A stretch of DNA of 64,000 nucleotides from the human T2T-CHM13v2.0 reference genome, Homo sapiens (GCF_009914755.1 NC_060927.1), one strand, 5' to 3'; shown: positions 1-15,277, counted from the stretch's first letter. Made by a program: numbers and translations. Notes: generated by a model from the letters alone, not told the origin.

Positions 1-640
1 AGGGCTAAGGAGAGGGAGGGGGAATGGGGAGTAGCAGTTTAAAGCATATGAGATTTCCCTTTGGGGTCATGAAGACAGTCTGGAACTAGACAGTCATGAT
101 GGTTGTACAACATTGTGAATGTACTAAGTACCACTGAATTGAACACCTTAAAGTTGTTTTAAAAATGTGTATTTTACAACAATAAAAAAGCAAATCATTT
201 CCAGCAGTATATAAAAATAATAATATGTAATGACCAAGTAAGGTTTATCCAAGGAATGCAGTTGATTTAATGTTAAAAATAGATCAATGTAACTCACCAA
301 TATGACCATGTCAGTAGATGCAGAAAAAATATTTGACAAAATTCAACATCCATTCATAAGAAATAAAATTCTCAGAAAACTAGAAATAGAAGGAAATCTC
401 TTCAACCTAATAAAAGGCACATACAGAAAACCTATAGCAAACATACACAACTATGAAGATCAAATGCATTCCCCCTAAGACTGGGAACAAAGCAGGAATA
501 TTTGCTCTCACCACTTCCATTCAACATTGAACTAGAGGTCCTAGCCAGTGAAAATCAGGCAAGAAAAAGAAATAAAAAGCAAATAAACCTATTTCTATTT
601 GCAGATTACATGGTCATTCATGTAGAAAATCCAAAACAAA
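1..640 (+). mobile_element. Old L1M fragments: L1MB-like 3' end (1-190) followed by an ORF2 RT-region fragment (190-640)
   Basis: L1MB-type 3' UTR (GGTTGTACAACATTGTGAATGTACTAAGTACCACTGAATT). Degenerate ORF2 motifs: GATGCAGAAAAAATATTTGACAAAATTCAACATCCATTC and the peptide LSPLPFNIELEVLA...LFADYMVIHVENPK. Confidence 0.8.
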
Positions 641-933
641 GGCAGACAGTCTCAGAACCAGATAGACAAGCACAGAGGAGCTTCATCCAGCCTGGGGGCC
701 TCAGCACTGTGACCAAAGACCAAACTGAGATGAGGAGAGGCCTTCCAAGAATAAATTTAGGAAAACAAGAAAAAGATATTTGTAAACACTGAGGACTTTT
801 CTCAAAGAAAATGGAAAGGGGACAGTGATCCAAAAAATGATGGCTCTATCTGTTTCAGAGTTTCCCACCTAGTTTTTTTGACTCTCCAGATGGCTCCAGA
901 GTTTGCAAGATAAACTTCAAAGAAAAATCACAG

Positions 934-935
<2 letters not shown>

Positions 936-990
<55 letters not shown>

Positions 991-1062
991 AAAAGAAAGA
1001 AAGAAAGAAAGAAAGAAAATAAGAAAGAAAGAAACAAAAACAAAGAAACAAAGAAAAAGAGA
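936..1062. repeat. (GA)n microsatellite followed by a (GAAA)n/A-rich purine tract
   Basis: Directly visible simple repeat. Confidence 0.95.
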
Positions 1063-1549
1063 TGGACTGAATAGATACCAAAATAACAGGTGTGATTGTC
1101 ACTAAATAAAAAGATTGTTGAGACTTCAGTTTTCTTCTTTTTGCTTTTCAGGTTTTCCCAAGTTTATTTTTATAATGACCCTGTTTACTCTTGCAATAAA
1201 CATTTGTCTTAAATGGAAAAAAAAGGTCAAAACACAAATGACAAATTAGGGAAAAGATGTGCAACAAGACAGATGCAGCTATTTTCTTCAATACATAAAG
1301 AGTTTTAAAAATCAATTAAGAAAAGGTTAAGAATCCAAAGGGTCACACGTTAACAGAAACACAGATTGCTTGTCATCATATGAAAATATGCTCAACCTCA
1401 CTAATAATTAAAGAAGCAAAAATTAAAATAATTCTGACTAGCAATTTTGAAAAGCTTTATGATTCAAAGTGTTAAGAGAGATTATGAGGGGAAGGCACAA
1501 CTTTTGATGTAAATGGCTATATTGTGAAAATATTGCAATAAAATACTAG

Positions 1550-3114
1550 TGTGTCCGGAATTGGTGGGTTCTTGGTCTCACTGACTTCAAGAATGAAGCT
1601 GCAGACCCTCACGGTGAGTGTTACAGCTCTTAAGGTGGCACATCTGGAGTTTGTTCCTTCTGATGTTTGGATGTGTTTGGAGTTTCTTCCTTCTGGTGGG
1701 TTCACGGTCTCGCTGGCTCAGGGGTAAAGCTGGCTCAGGAGTGAAGCTGCAGACCTTTGAGGTGAGTGTTACAGCTCTTAAGGCGGTGCCTCTGGAGTTC
1801 TTCGTTCCTCCCAGTGGGTTTGTGGTCTCGCTGGCTTCAGGAGTGAAGCTGCAGACCTTTGCGGTGAGTGTTACAGCTCATAAAGGCAGTGTGGACCCAA
1901 AGAGTGAGCAGCAGCAAGATTTATTGCAAAGAGCAAAAGAACAAAGTTTCCACAGGGTGGAAGGGGACCCGAGTGGGTTGCCACTACTGGCTCAGGCAGC
2001 CTGTTTTTATTCTCTTATCTGGCCCCACCCACATCCTGCTGATTGGTAGAGCCCAGTGGTTCTGTTTTGACAGGGCGCTGATTGGTGCGTTTACAACCCC
2101 TGAGCTAGACACAAAGGTTCTCCACGTCCCCACCAGATTAGCTAGATACAGAGTTTGGTCCCAAAGGTTCTCCAAGTCCCCACCAGAGTAGCTAGATACA
2201 GAGTGTCGATTGGTGCATTCACAAACCCTGAGCTAGACACAGGGTGCTGATTGGTGTGTTTACAAACCTTGAGCTAGATACAGAGTGCCGATTGGTGTAT
2301 TTACAGTCCCTGACCTAGACATAAAGGTTCTCCAAGTCCCCACCAGAATAGCTACAAAGTGTCGATTGGTGCATACACAAACCCTGAGCTAGACACAGGG
2401 TGCTGATTGGTGTGTTTACAAACATTGAGCTAGATACAGAGTGCCGATTGATGTATTTACAATCCCCTAGCTAGACATAAAGGTTCTCCAAGTCCTCACC
2501 AGTCAGGAGCCCAGCTGGCTTCACCCAGTGGATCTCGCACTGGGGCTGCAGGTGGAGCTGCCTGCCAGTCCCGCGCCATGCGCCCACACTCCTCAGCCCT
2601 TGGGTGGTCGATGGGACTGGGCGCCTGGAGCAGGGGGCTGCGCTCTCGTCGGGGAGGCTCAGGCTGCACAGGAGCCCACAGAGGAGCAGGGGAAGGCTCA
2701 GGCATGGCGGGCTGCGGGTCCCAAGCCCTGCCCCGCGCGGGAAGGCAGCTAAGGCCCGGCGAGAAATGGAGCACAGCAGCTGCTGGCCCAGGTGCTAAGC
2801 CCCTCACTGCCCAGGGCCGGCCGGCCGCTCCTAATGCGGGGCCCACCAAGCCCACACCCACCTGGAACTCGCGCTAGCCCACAAGCACCGCGTGCAGCCC
2901 CGGTTCCCGTCCGCACCTCTCCCTCCATACCTCCCAGCAAGCTGAGGGAGACGGCTCCGGCCTTGGCCAGTCCAGAAAGGGACTCCCACAGTGCAGCGGC
3001 AGGCTGAAGGGCTCCTCAAGTGCCACCAAAGTGGGAGCCCAGGCAGAGGAGGTGCCGAGAGTGAGCGAGAGTGAGCGAGGGCTGTGAGGACTGCCAGCAC
3101 GCTGTAACCTCTCA
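1550..3114 (-). mobile_element. Solo LTR12C (HERV9/ERV9 LTR) inserted into an old L1ME-like 3' fragment
   Basis: The minus strand begins TGAGAGGTTACAGCGTGCTGGCAGTCC and ends CCAATTCCGGACACA. It has the GC-rich U3, tandem CCAAT (NF-Y) repeats and repeated U5 units. 4-bp TSD CTAG at 1546-1549 and 3115-3118. Confidence 0.95.
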
Positions 3115-3468
3115 CTAGGGCACTTTTCTTAAGAGGCATCTAAATGTTAAATGCACACCCTCTTTAACTTAGCAATTCTACTTCTAGACATTTGTTCTAC
3201 AGATGTATTTGCAAACATACACAATGATCATGTACAAGGCCGTTCAGTACTCTTTCACAATACCAACAACTGGCAACAACCCATATGTCCATCAATAGGG
3301 GACTGGTTAAATAAACTACGTTAAGTCCCCACAATGCAGGAAGGTGATCTATATGGCTTGATATCTAGAATTAAATTAATAAAGCAAATTGCTGGATGAC
3401 ATGGAGAGCATTCTCTACTTTGTGTTTTTTTAAAAAAGTAGATATAAGTTTAGAAAAGTACTGGAGGA

Positions 3469-3550
3469 CACCAGGGCACACGTTTATCTATATAACAAAC
3501 CTGCACATCCTGCACATGTATCCTGGAACTTAAAATTAAATTTTAAAAAA
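3469..3550 (+). mobile_element. Extremely 5'-truncated L1PA/L1PB 3' terminus (~82 bp)
   Basis: AACAAACCTGCACATCCTGCACATGTATCCTGGAACTTAAAA plus an A-rich tail. 17-bp TSD AGAAAA(G/T)TACTGGAGGA at 3452-3468 and 3551-3567. Confidence 0.85.
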
Positions 3551-3592
3551 AGAAAATTACTGGAGGAAACACAAGAAAATAGTTAACTATGA

Positions 3593-3772
3593 GGCCAGGT
3601 GAGGTGGCATGTGCTTACAGTACCAGCTACCCAGGAGGCTGAGATGGGAGGTTCAGGTGAGCCCAAGAGTTTGAGGCTGCAGTGTGCTACAATCACACCT
3701 ATGAGTAAACACTGCAGAACAGCCACTGCATTCCAGACTGGGCAACATAGTGAGACTCCACCCCTTCAAAGA
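3593..3772 (+). mobile_element. Fossil Alu monomer (FAM/FRAM-like)
   Basis: Single 7SL-derived monomer with GAGGCTGCAGTGTGCTA...AGCCACTGCATTCCAGACTGGGCAACATAG. Degenerate TSD AAA(T/G)AGTTA(A/G)CTATG. Confidence 0.75.
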
Positions 3773-5891
3773 AGGAAAGAGTTAGCTATGGTTACCTCTA
3801 ATAGCTAAATGTTTATATACACTTTCTACTGTTTGAAATCTTACCACATATAAGTATTAGCTTTTATAATCACTTAGTCTTAATAATGTACTGTATCTTG
3901 GTTTTCTACTTTGTAAAATGGTAATAATTATCTAGCTCATCTCAGAAGGTAATTGTGAATACCAAATGAGAAAATACAGATGCACGAAAGTGATTTGTAA
4001 GCTTTATATGGGTGATCCACAAACTGCATATAAGTTAGGTATTATTGCTAATCATGATTATTTTTTCAGCTACAGGAAATCATTTTATGACTCAGGATTT
4101 ACAATGGGTAGGTCTGAGAAAATTTTAATTTACTGGGGAAGGATAAATGTGAAATAAAGGCTAAGAACATTGCTACAAAATGTATTTGTGGAAGAAGGTT
4201 TTTGTCTTGTTTTGCCTTTAAGGACAGAGGAGAAAAAATAAAAAGAGTCAGGAAAAAATATACAAAGCTCATGCAGAAAGTTATTTCTGTGCTAAATAAA
4301 AATGTAATCCTATATAACATTTTTAGGTCCTTAAAAATGAAGATATAAAACCTCACATGAAGTTCCACAGGAGCCTCATAATTAAAGAAGAGTCAGTTGA
4401 GGCCAAGGTGATCCAAAGAGAAATATGTCCCCTCCATGCTGAGTGAATTTTAAGCAGGTGTTTGCAGGTATCAATAAAGCTAATGTTAAGGGGAAACAGA
4501 AAAACAACCAGACCTAAGAGTATTCAGCGGAGACTGAAATTGCAACAAACTAACCCCCTACACTCACTATTAAAAGCTCATTAACTCCCAGCTGTTCATC
4601 CATTAGGCTGAGAAGAAGAAAAAGCACATGCCCTCACTGTCACATATTTATACCAGAGGTTTTCATCTCATAAAGGGGAAAGAGAGGGGAGATAAGGAGA
4701 AGATAACAATCATAATTATATCACCAGGCTGTGGAGAAAGCTGTGCTAAATATAATAAGCCTCTCAGGCAATAAAGTCAGATGAATGTCCAAAGTCTGCC
4801 ATTGTAAAGAAGAAAGAAGGGAAGAGGGCGAATGTCCATCGGCATCATGGGACTCGTCCTTGAGCCACTTACACATCAGAGCCCCTTGGCTCATCTCACT
4901 AGGTCACATCTGATCTACACCACAAGCAGCAACACTTGCAAATAAAATTATTTTATCCTAGTCATTCGCTATGGTACAGTCCCTGACTGCATCAAATTAA
5001 ACAAAAGAAGGCATAATGAATACAAATCAAATTTAAAGCAATCTATGCACAAACCATTATTTTCCTTAAAGAATGATGGATTGGAGCTGCATGTTGTGTA
5101 ATAAAGCTTCTAGACGAGCACTCAAAACTAGCAACTTGTAACCCGATTCCAACCCACAGGTGTTTCATTTGGGTCAAGGCTCTGAAAATGTTTTAGTTGT
5201 TAGTACTTAAAAATCAAGAGATGTAACTCAATCATCTCTCTCCAGTGTGTCCGGCAAAATTGGAAGATTGCAATGCTGGCTGTGCATTTGCATATTTCTG
5301 TAAGAGGTAAGACTAGTTCCTTTAGGTATTTGAGGGTTTTGATCCATTATAGCCCCAGAAGAGTACACATTTAAAAATAAAATAGAGCTTTCTCTACATA
5401 AATCTTGCACAGTGGTGTGTAACACGTGGCTGCACTTTCTCACCTCATTTTCATGGCAGTATCTCTATAGCTCCAGCCTCAATCATCTGACTGTATTCCT
5501 TACCACCTTCTCCCTCACTACCCTGGCCACACTACTGCTGCTCCTCAAACATGCCAATCACCTCTGCCTCAGGACAGCTGCCCTCACTGTCCCCTCACTT
5601 GGAACATTCTTACCCCAGATATCATCGGGCTGGCTCCTTCATCTTCTTTGAATCTTTACTCCAACATTTCCTTTTTCAGAGAGGTCATTTCTGACTATGC
5701 TATTTAAAAGCACAAGTCTTTGCTGTGCAGAAACTTTTAGTTTGATGCAGTTTCCACTCATTTACTTTTTGCTTTTGTTGCCAGTGTTTTGGTGTCATAG
5801 CCAAAAAATCATTGACAAGACCAACATCATTGAGCTTTTCACCTATGTTTTCCTCTAGGAGTTTTATAGTTTTAGGCGTTGTGTTTACATA

Positions 5892-6201
5892 TTTTTTTTT
5901 TAAGAGACAGGGTCTCACTTCATCACCCAAGCTGGAGTGCAGTGGCATCATCATAGATCACTGCAGCCTCCAACTCCTGGGCTCAAGCCATGTTCCTAGT
6001 TCAGCTTCCCAAGTAGCTGGGACTACAGGCACATGCCACCATACCTGGCTAAATTTTTATTTTATTTTATTTTATTTTTGTAGAGACAGGATCTCACTAT
6101 GTCACTCAGCTGGTCTTGAACTCCTGGGCTCAAGCTATCCTCCTACCCTGGCCTTCCAAGGCTCTGGGATTATATATAGGTGGGAGCCATCACACCCAGC
6201 C
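5892..6201 (-). mobile_element. AluJ
   Basis: Antisense dimeric Alu with J-type CTCCTGGGCTCAAGC in both arms. Confidence 0.9.
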
Positions 6202-6225
6202 ATGTTTAAATCTTTAATCCATTTG

Positions 6226-6560
<335 letters not shown>

Positions 6561-7149
6561 CTAGTTGACCATATATTCCAGGGTTTATTTCTGGGCTTTC
6601 TAGTCTGCTGGCCTATGCACTTCTTTTTATGCCTGTATCATACTGTTTTAATGACAAAGTTTGCTAAGAGAGTAGATCTTAAATATTCTTACCACACACA
6701 TACACACACAGGTAACAATGTGAGGTGATAGATATGTTAATTAGCTCAACTGCGGTAATCATTTCACAATGTATATGTATATCAAAATATCACATTAGAC
6801 ACCTTAAATATATGTAATTTTTATTTGTCAATTGTGCCTTAATAAAGCTGGGGGAGCACATCTCTGACCCCAGCTTTATTTTTCCCCATAGAATTCATGA
6901 CATGTTATGCTTTATTTGCTTATTTACTGTCTATCCCCCTACACATGATGCTCAAGAGGGCAAAAAAAATTTTTCTGATTCGTTCACTGCCATGTAATTA
7001 GTTTCAACTAGTGCCTGACACGCAGTAGCCACTGTAAAAATATCCATCGGATGAATTAACTTTGTTTCTCATCAGAAAACAAAAGAAATGCACACATTTA
7101 ACACATACCCACACACATCAATAAAACCGTGGTAACCTCTCACCTCTAA

Positions 7150-7790
7150 AATGAGGATATAATTCACTGGCAATAGACTTGCCCTACAAGAAATGCTAAA
7201 GGATATTCTTCAGGCTGAAGGGAAACCACATCAGTGGGAAACTTGGAGGAAGAAAATCAATGAAGGAAGAACAACAAAAATTGTTAATATCTGGGTAAAT
7301 ATAGTCTATTTTTCGCCTCAAGTTCTTAAAAATATGTATAACTGTTGAAAGCAAAAATTATAACATTTTCGAATAGAGTTTTCAATGTATGTAGATGTAA
7401 TATATATAATTATCATATAAAGGGAGGAGGATAAAGAGATGTATATGCTTGTGAGGCTTCTACGTTTTGCTAAGTGTCAAAATATTAACTCTAATGCAGA
7501 CTTTGAAAGATCAGATATGTACATTTTAAGCCCTAGAGCAATCACTAAAAAAGAAAAAAAAAGAAGCATAAAAAAGTCAATAAATAAATTGAAATGAAAT
7601 ACTAAAAATTATTCAAATAAAAGAAAGCAGGAAATGGGAACAAAGAAGCAAAAGGCAAAGGTGACAAACAGAAAACAATAAAATGGTAAACCTAAGTCAA
7701 AATATTTCAATAATTACATTAAATGTAAATGATCTATGCATACAAATTAAAAGAGAGATTATCAGATTAGATAAAGTGAGAATACTCATA
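7150..7790 (+). mobile_element. Old L1M fragment (ORF1 end / inter-ORF / ORF2 start)
   Basis: AGACTTGCCCTACAAGAAATGCTAAAGG and AATAATTACATTAAATGTAAATGATCTA...AATTAAAAGAGAGATTATCAGATTAGATA. Confidence 0.7.
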
Positions 7791-8434
7791 ATTTAACAAA
7801 ATAAATGGGGAAAAAGGACCATGCTGAGTATACTCAAATGAGTCATGTTATACAGTAAGTTCTCAGGTAGAAGGTCAGCATCATATTCATATGGATATGA
7901 GAATCCCCTAAATGACTACTGCAAATGACCTCAAATCTGACATTTGTGCAGAGGCATCCCAACCAGGGAACAAAGTGGTACAATGGCATAGTAACAAAGG
8001 AAAATGTGCCAACTGGGGAGAACACAGGAGCAGTGAGGGGTGAAAGGACCTCTCCTACCTTTTGTACCACCCTTAGCACTAATGAAGGAAGGAAGCAAGT
8101 CTCAGGAACCCTACTTTGGCCATTTTTGCTCTCTGGCCCACTTCCTCAACATACTTATTTCCTTTCAAAGTATTTATGGCAACCCCCAATGTGTGTAGTA
8201 GGTCAGTGGAAGGATAAGGCAAACGTGGATGGATGCAAACTCTTATAAGCACATGTGACCAAAAGGAAGAAACATGGTAAAGAACTAAAACAAAGTCATG
8301 GAAGATAGAGTCATCTTTCTCCTATGGACTGATCTCAAGCCACCTGGTCCACAAAAGGGAACCAACTTAAGTATCTGACCACACATGGCCCTGGGGCACT
8401 AGTCACACTGTCCATGCTCTCTGCACAACACAAG

Positions 8435-8850
8435 TATTAGAATTTGAATTGTGTCCCATCAGAAGATATGTTTAAGTCCTAATCCCTGTAAATGTGACCT
8501 TGTTTGGAAATAAGACCTTTCCATGTGTAATCAAGTTAAGATGAAGTCTAATCTAACATGCTGGTGTCCTTGTAAGAAGAGGAAAATGTCATGTGAAGAC
8601 AGAGGCAGAGAGAGTATGACAATGGAGGCCGAGATTGAAGTGCTCCAACTCAAGCCAAGGAATGCCTGGGGCTACCAAATGCTGGAAGACGCAAAAAGGA
8701 TCCTCCTCTAAAGGATTCTGAGGGAGCATAGCCCTGCCAACACCCTGATTTTAGACTTCTAGTCTCCAGAACTGTGAGAGAATAAACGTTTATTGTCTTA
8801 AGCCACCCAGCTGTAGCACTTTGTTATGGCATCCTTAGGAAGCTAATGCA
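8435..8850 (+). mobile_element. MaLR LTR (MLT1B/C-like)
   Basis: TGAATTGTGTCCC...GTGACCTTGTTTGGAAATAAG...CTCCAGAACTGTGAGAGAATAAAC...TTGTTATGGC. Confidence 0.85.
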
Positions 8851-11800
8851 GCAGAGGACTATATTTCTCTTTATAACGTATCATCACTTAAAGACAAAGA
8901 AAATAAGAAAATAAATGACTTTGTTTCTGTCAGGAAGCCCAAGAAATAAACCATACTGTGCCTCACTCTCTTGTCATGAAGCAGAGATCTCAAACTTCAA
9001 AGACTACAAGGTAAATAAGAAAGGCAGCTATGTTACCTAGTAGGACACAGAAGCAAAAGGGAGCCCTGTCCCAGAGGAGCAGCAGCTTTTCAGCTCTAGA
9101 TATGCGAAACTTTTGTTAGAAACTAGAAATTAGAACCTTGATGTGGTATTTCCAGAATCTAAAACACAGCACAGTGGGCCAAACCTGGCCCACAGGCCAC
9201 CAGTTTATAATCCCTGCTCTCAGGCATACTCCTGTACCCTAAGGCAGAGATTTAGATTCTAAAAAAAAACTCTGAGACTGTCAGAAAATTCAGAGGACTT
9301 TCAATATGTAATGGCCTACTAATGGATTTCATTAGTTTTCTAGTTTTTCTCAAATTATTAAACAATCTAATTGTTCTTAGAAACATGCCATCAAAACCCA
9401 TCTTTGCAAGCTCATTTCACTCATTCGCAAAATGAAAGGCTGAACTAATACCATATTATTAAGTAGTACTTATCAAGAATAAGAAGTTAGCAGACTAAAA
9501 AGTCCTTTCATCATTAGTGGAGGGAAATCATCAATTATTAATCTTATTTCTATTTTTTGGTTGAGAAAATTAGCTATGATTATACATATAGACTCACCCA
9601 TTGACAATCATGTTCTCCCTCAATGAGTCAATGAAAATTTTTGGAAGAGAGAGAGGTGATGTCTCAAACTTGGAGGGACATACTATGATTTCATAGTCTG
9701 GGATATGACCTAGGTGTTCTGATTTTTAAAAGCTTCCCCAGTATCTTAGCATGCCGCACAGTTTGCAAACCTCCACAGTAGACAAAAAAAGAAGAAATTT
9801 TTCTAACATTAGGATAGTATTCTTTCTCTATTTCAGATACAAAATATGACACACACATACTCCAAAGATAAACCCCTCAAAGCTCTCAAAGTTTCAGAAC
9901 AGATTGATTTATTCTATCTCTTGCCCTGCTGTTCATTGACAAAAATCTTCTGTGTTCCCAAATTGGTCTGCGGTTGCACATGTAATTTTGTAATTATTGT
10001 TCATGCAGCAATAATTTTCATCTAAGATCTTTTCAAATTAACTAGATTAAAAGAATGCCACTTATGAACAAAATACATTCTGAAGATAGAAACAACTTTG
10101 CTTCCATTCCTAATGAAACTCAGACCTTTCATCTTAAATTCAAGCAAAATCTCAAGCACTAAAATGAGTTTGATACTTTCATATTTCTATTAAACTGAGG
10201 CCATCTACACAAAGGTAAAAAGCCTTCTTATTCTCTTCATGATCCTTATACAGCTGTGCTACTGCTTCCATGAGATCAAGGAGTTATGTTGTCTCTTAAT
10301 GGCAGGATTACATTTTTCCTATATTTCTGCTTTTATTATTCTTGAGTTCGCAAAGCATCTCAATTTTGGCAGGCAAATATAGGCAGTTAATCACTCTCTG
10401 ATTTCAGGGACATAGAAACTGATTTATCCAAATGTACCCTGGGAGATGGATCTTTGAGTGAGATTGTCTAATTCCATTCAGAAAAAAAGAAGATGGTTCA
10501 CTGGCATGAGCCCAACATTTACTAAATAGAAAAGGAGAATGGAATATTGTTTTTAAATTCCACCAAGCAGACTGAAAAATTAAAAGAATATATGGACAAT
10601 AACTGCACTCAGACGGCTATTGCTCTATTGAAAACACCCTCCATTCTAATTGTTTGCTTGTAATTCATTTCAGGGTTTGGTTTTGCAGCAAACTGCTTCA
10701 GATAAGCAATCCTATTTGGTGGTTCATAGCTAGGCAGCCCAATTTGGAAATCCAATTGCCGCTTATGCAATAATTAGTCAGAAAGCTAAATTGCAAAAAT
10801 GGCATTTTAACTTTGAGCTTATATTTGAGCAACAGAGCATTAAAAACACTTAGTATGAATCAATGCTCTCTCCTGTAACAGTTAACTGAACTTCATGAAG
10901 AGTAAAAATTATGATCTTTTGTGAAAGGAATGAGTGAAACTTTGAGCTGGTTTTTTAAAAAGGAGCTGCCATTTTTATTGCTGTGCTTGAGTTACGGACT
11001 TTAAAAACTGCTTCATGCATGCAAGTTTAATTCACCCTGTAACAATGAATCAAATGTAGGTGCAGAAAGAGGAATTACATAGAGATAAAGTGCAATTCAG
11101 AAAATGCCATCCCTTTACCTGCCGGTCTATATAATAACTCAAGATGTAACCTTACTGTGTTTAATGGTGTAATCAAAAAATGTGTCAAGACACTGGAATT
11201 TTGAAGCTGTTCCACGTACAACACATCCCTGATGACTCATTTAAAAGTGGACAGGTTGTCAGAATCAATGGGACATAAACATCTTCTATTCCCTGAGGAG
11301 CTTTGAGGATCCTGACCTGTATAAACCCTGATTTTTTTCAAACTCCTCTCTTTAGAATAAAAGGATATTCTTGAAAATTCTAATATCTTTTTGCCAAGCT
11401 TTGGTAGATACATGAGAATTTATTTTGCCATTGATGAGAACATGGAATTCATGTTTTAAGGAGTCACTGTCCATGAACCCAAGCTAAGGAAAGACTACTC
11501 CAATTAATTTGTGTCACTTTTTTCCCCTCTACTTATCCTTCCTGAAGAACTAATCATTAACATGGGGAGGTTTGTTTTCTACTCTGGCTGTTTTCATTTC
11601 TCCTGTCATAATTTAAAAAGCCACAGGGTAAATAAAGATCATTGTATTTCACTCATGTTAAATACATGCTGCATTATTACAAAGTAATCTAACACCCGGC
11701 TTTAAAGTCCCTTACTTTCAAATAAATATAAACAACAGGGACAGCTCTAGCCTTCAGATGACTTTCTCTCCTCCCCCGCACCATTCACAGCTGCTCAGCT

Positions 11801-12273
11801 CTCCCCTCTCCTTAGCACTTTCATATCGTTTCTATTTTCTGTGACTCCCTCTTTTCATCATATTGCTTTCAAAATTCCACACTGTGTAGTGATCTCACTA
11901 GTGAACGGCTATGCCTACCTGCAGATGTCACAGTTGGCATCCCTGCCTGCAGCCCAATAAGCCAAGAAGACATCTCTGTCGATCATTTTGGTGGGGTAAA
12001 ATATATACACTCCATACCTCAGAAAGCATGATGCAGCACCATTATTTAATATGATCCAACAATTCTGATTCCCTTTATTATTTTTAATAGCCATCCTATT
12101 AATACCACTAATGCAGAGAGATAAGTCATAGGAATTGCTCCCAACAAAAAGACAAACAGAAAAAAAAAATACAGCTGTTGCAGAACCAAGAGTAGATATA
12201 GATGAAAAAACATATCCTACCAAGTGTTAGAAAGCCTAAACTAAGCCTGTTTTTGAATCAGATTTGTGTCTCA

Positions 12274-12275
<2 letters not shown>

Positions 12276-12321
<46 letters not shown>

Positions 12322-12323
12322 AC
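12276..12323. repeat. (CA)n microsatellite
   Basis: Directly visible. Confidence 0.97.
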
Positions 12324-12999
12324 AGTCTTTTTGTCCTCAGCGCACAGGGTCTGAGAGATAAATAATACTTTATATGCTTGTAAAATAAAGGACAGATTCC
12401 ATAGTTATTCAGATAAATTAGAGATTATTTTGTGCTGGGAGTTCAGCAGGAAAGACTCAAAGAGGTGAAGATCTTAGCTAGGTCTTAAAGAGATTCAGAT
12501 ACTGATAACAGAGAGGGTACAACGCATTCTAGATGGAGACAGCTTTGACAATTGTTAGTTTGGGGCCATTCAGTATCCATTACCCTCAATGCTAGTAACA
12601 CATCCAATTTCCCTTTAATAAAACACCCTTCCCCCATTCTCAATCTTCTGGTTTACATGAGGCCCTACCTTCCAGCTTCAGCTACAGATCATATGACCCC
12701 AACCTAAGATGGCCAACGCCTTGCATTTACCCCTAGCCACAACCACTGATTTAGTCACGAGTTATTGACTCAAGCTTACCCAAGCAAGACCCCAGTTAGG
12801 GCTAACTCAGGGTGTTCTGCCGTATTGACTAGAGTTCATTGCTCTATCCTGCTAAACCAAAATTTACAAGGATGTAATGCTTGAGCTACTGTCATCATCT
12901 TGCCACCACATGGAACCCAAAAATAAATACAAAATCCAGAGGAAAGTAGAGGCAAAAGATAAAGAAAAACTGAATCCTCGAGCTACTGTCTGAGGCTCA

Positions 13000-13460
13000 A
13001 GCCCATTTGGTGAGGCCATGTTTTCCTGGATGGTGTTGGTGCTTGCGGATGTTCGTTGGTGTCTGAGCATTGAAGGGTTAGTTATTTAATGTAGTCTTTG
13101 CTGTCTGAGTTTGTTTGTACCTGTCCTCTTTTGGGAAGACATTCCAGGTATTCAAACAGATGTGGGTGTTGTGATCTAAGCCATATCTGCATTATGGGGC
13201 ACCCCAAGCCCAGTAACACCATGATTCTTGCACACTTGTAAAGTACCACGTTGGTGGTCTTGGAGAAGAGCTGGAAGAATTCTCTGGATTACCAAGCAGA
13301 GACTATTGTTTTCTTCCCTTACTTTCTCCCAAATAAACGGAGTCTCTCTCTGTGCTGAGCTGCTTGGAGCTAGGGGTGGGGTGACACAAGCACCCCTGTG
13401 GCCATCACCACTGGACTGCACTGGGTTGCTAAAAACTCAGGGCAAGTTCTATAGGCCCTA
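13000..13460 (-). mobile_element. Isolated L1M1/L1M2-type 5' region fragment
   Basis: The minus strand reads AGACACCAACGAACATCCGCAAGCACCAACACCATCCAGGAAAACATGGCCTCACCAAATGG, typical of the L1PB/L1MA 5'UTR-ORF1 start. Confidence 0.7.
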
Positions 13461-13769
13461 AATAAACCACTTGCTGGTTGCAGTGGGCATATATAACAAT
13501 GATTAGGAAATAAAGCAATAAATGAAAAATTAGTGACAAACTGTAGAATAACAAACACCTGATTATAAGGTTCAGATTTAAAGAAATTATACACTACTAC
13601 AGTATATATAATTCTAATATAGACAATATCTCTCCACTTTTAAAGGACAAAAGAAATCCTTTGGCCTTAGGAACCAAAAAGACACAGTGCAACTATAAAT
13701 ATACTGGAATTATACATTCCAAAAGAATGTGGCAGGGTTGCTACTCACTATTTTTAAAATCTATATATG

Positions 13770-15262
<1,493 letters not shown>

Positions 15263-15277
15263 TTAATGAAATAGGTG

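Noticed and set aside
2040-2500. Regular ~40-bp repeats that superficially resemble a CRISPR array
   Set aside because: They are the known tandem CCAAT/NF-Y enhancer units of LTR12. There are no unique spacers or cas genes, and the DNA is primate.
2496-3139. GC-rich overlapping ORFs and a CpG-island-like region suggesting a gene's first exon
   Set aside because: The region lies within the LTR12C U3, and the ORFs are a by-product of high GC content.
11915-12223. 102-aa minus-strand ORF ending at a splice-donor-like site
   Set aside because: The peptide is not recognised and there is no convincing acceptor. It is mentioned only as a weak donor candidate.
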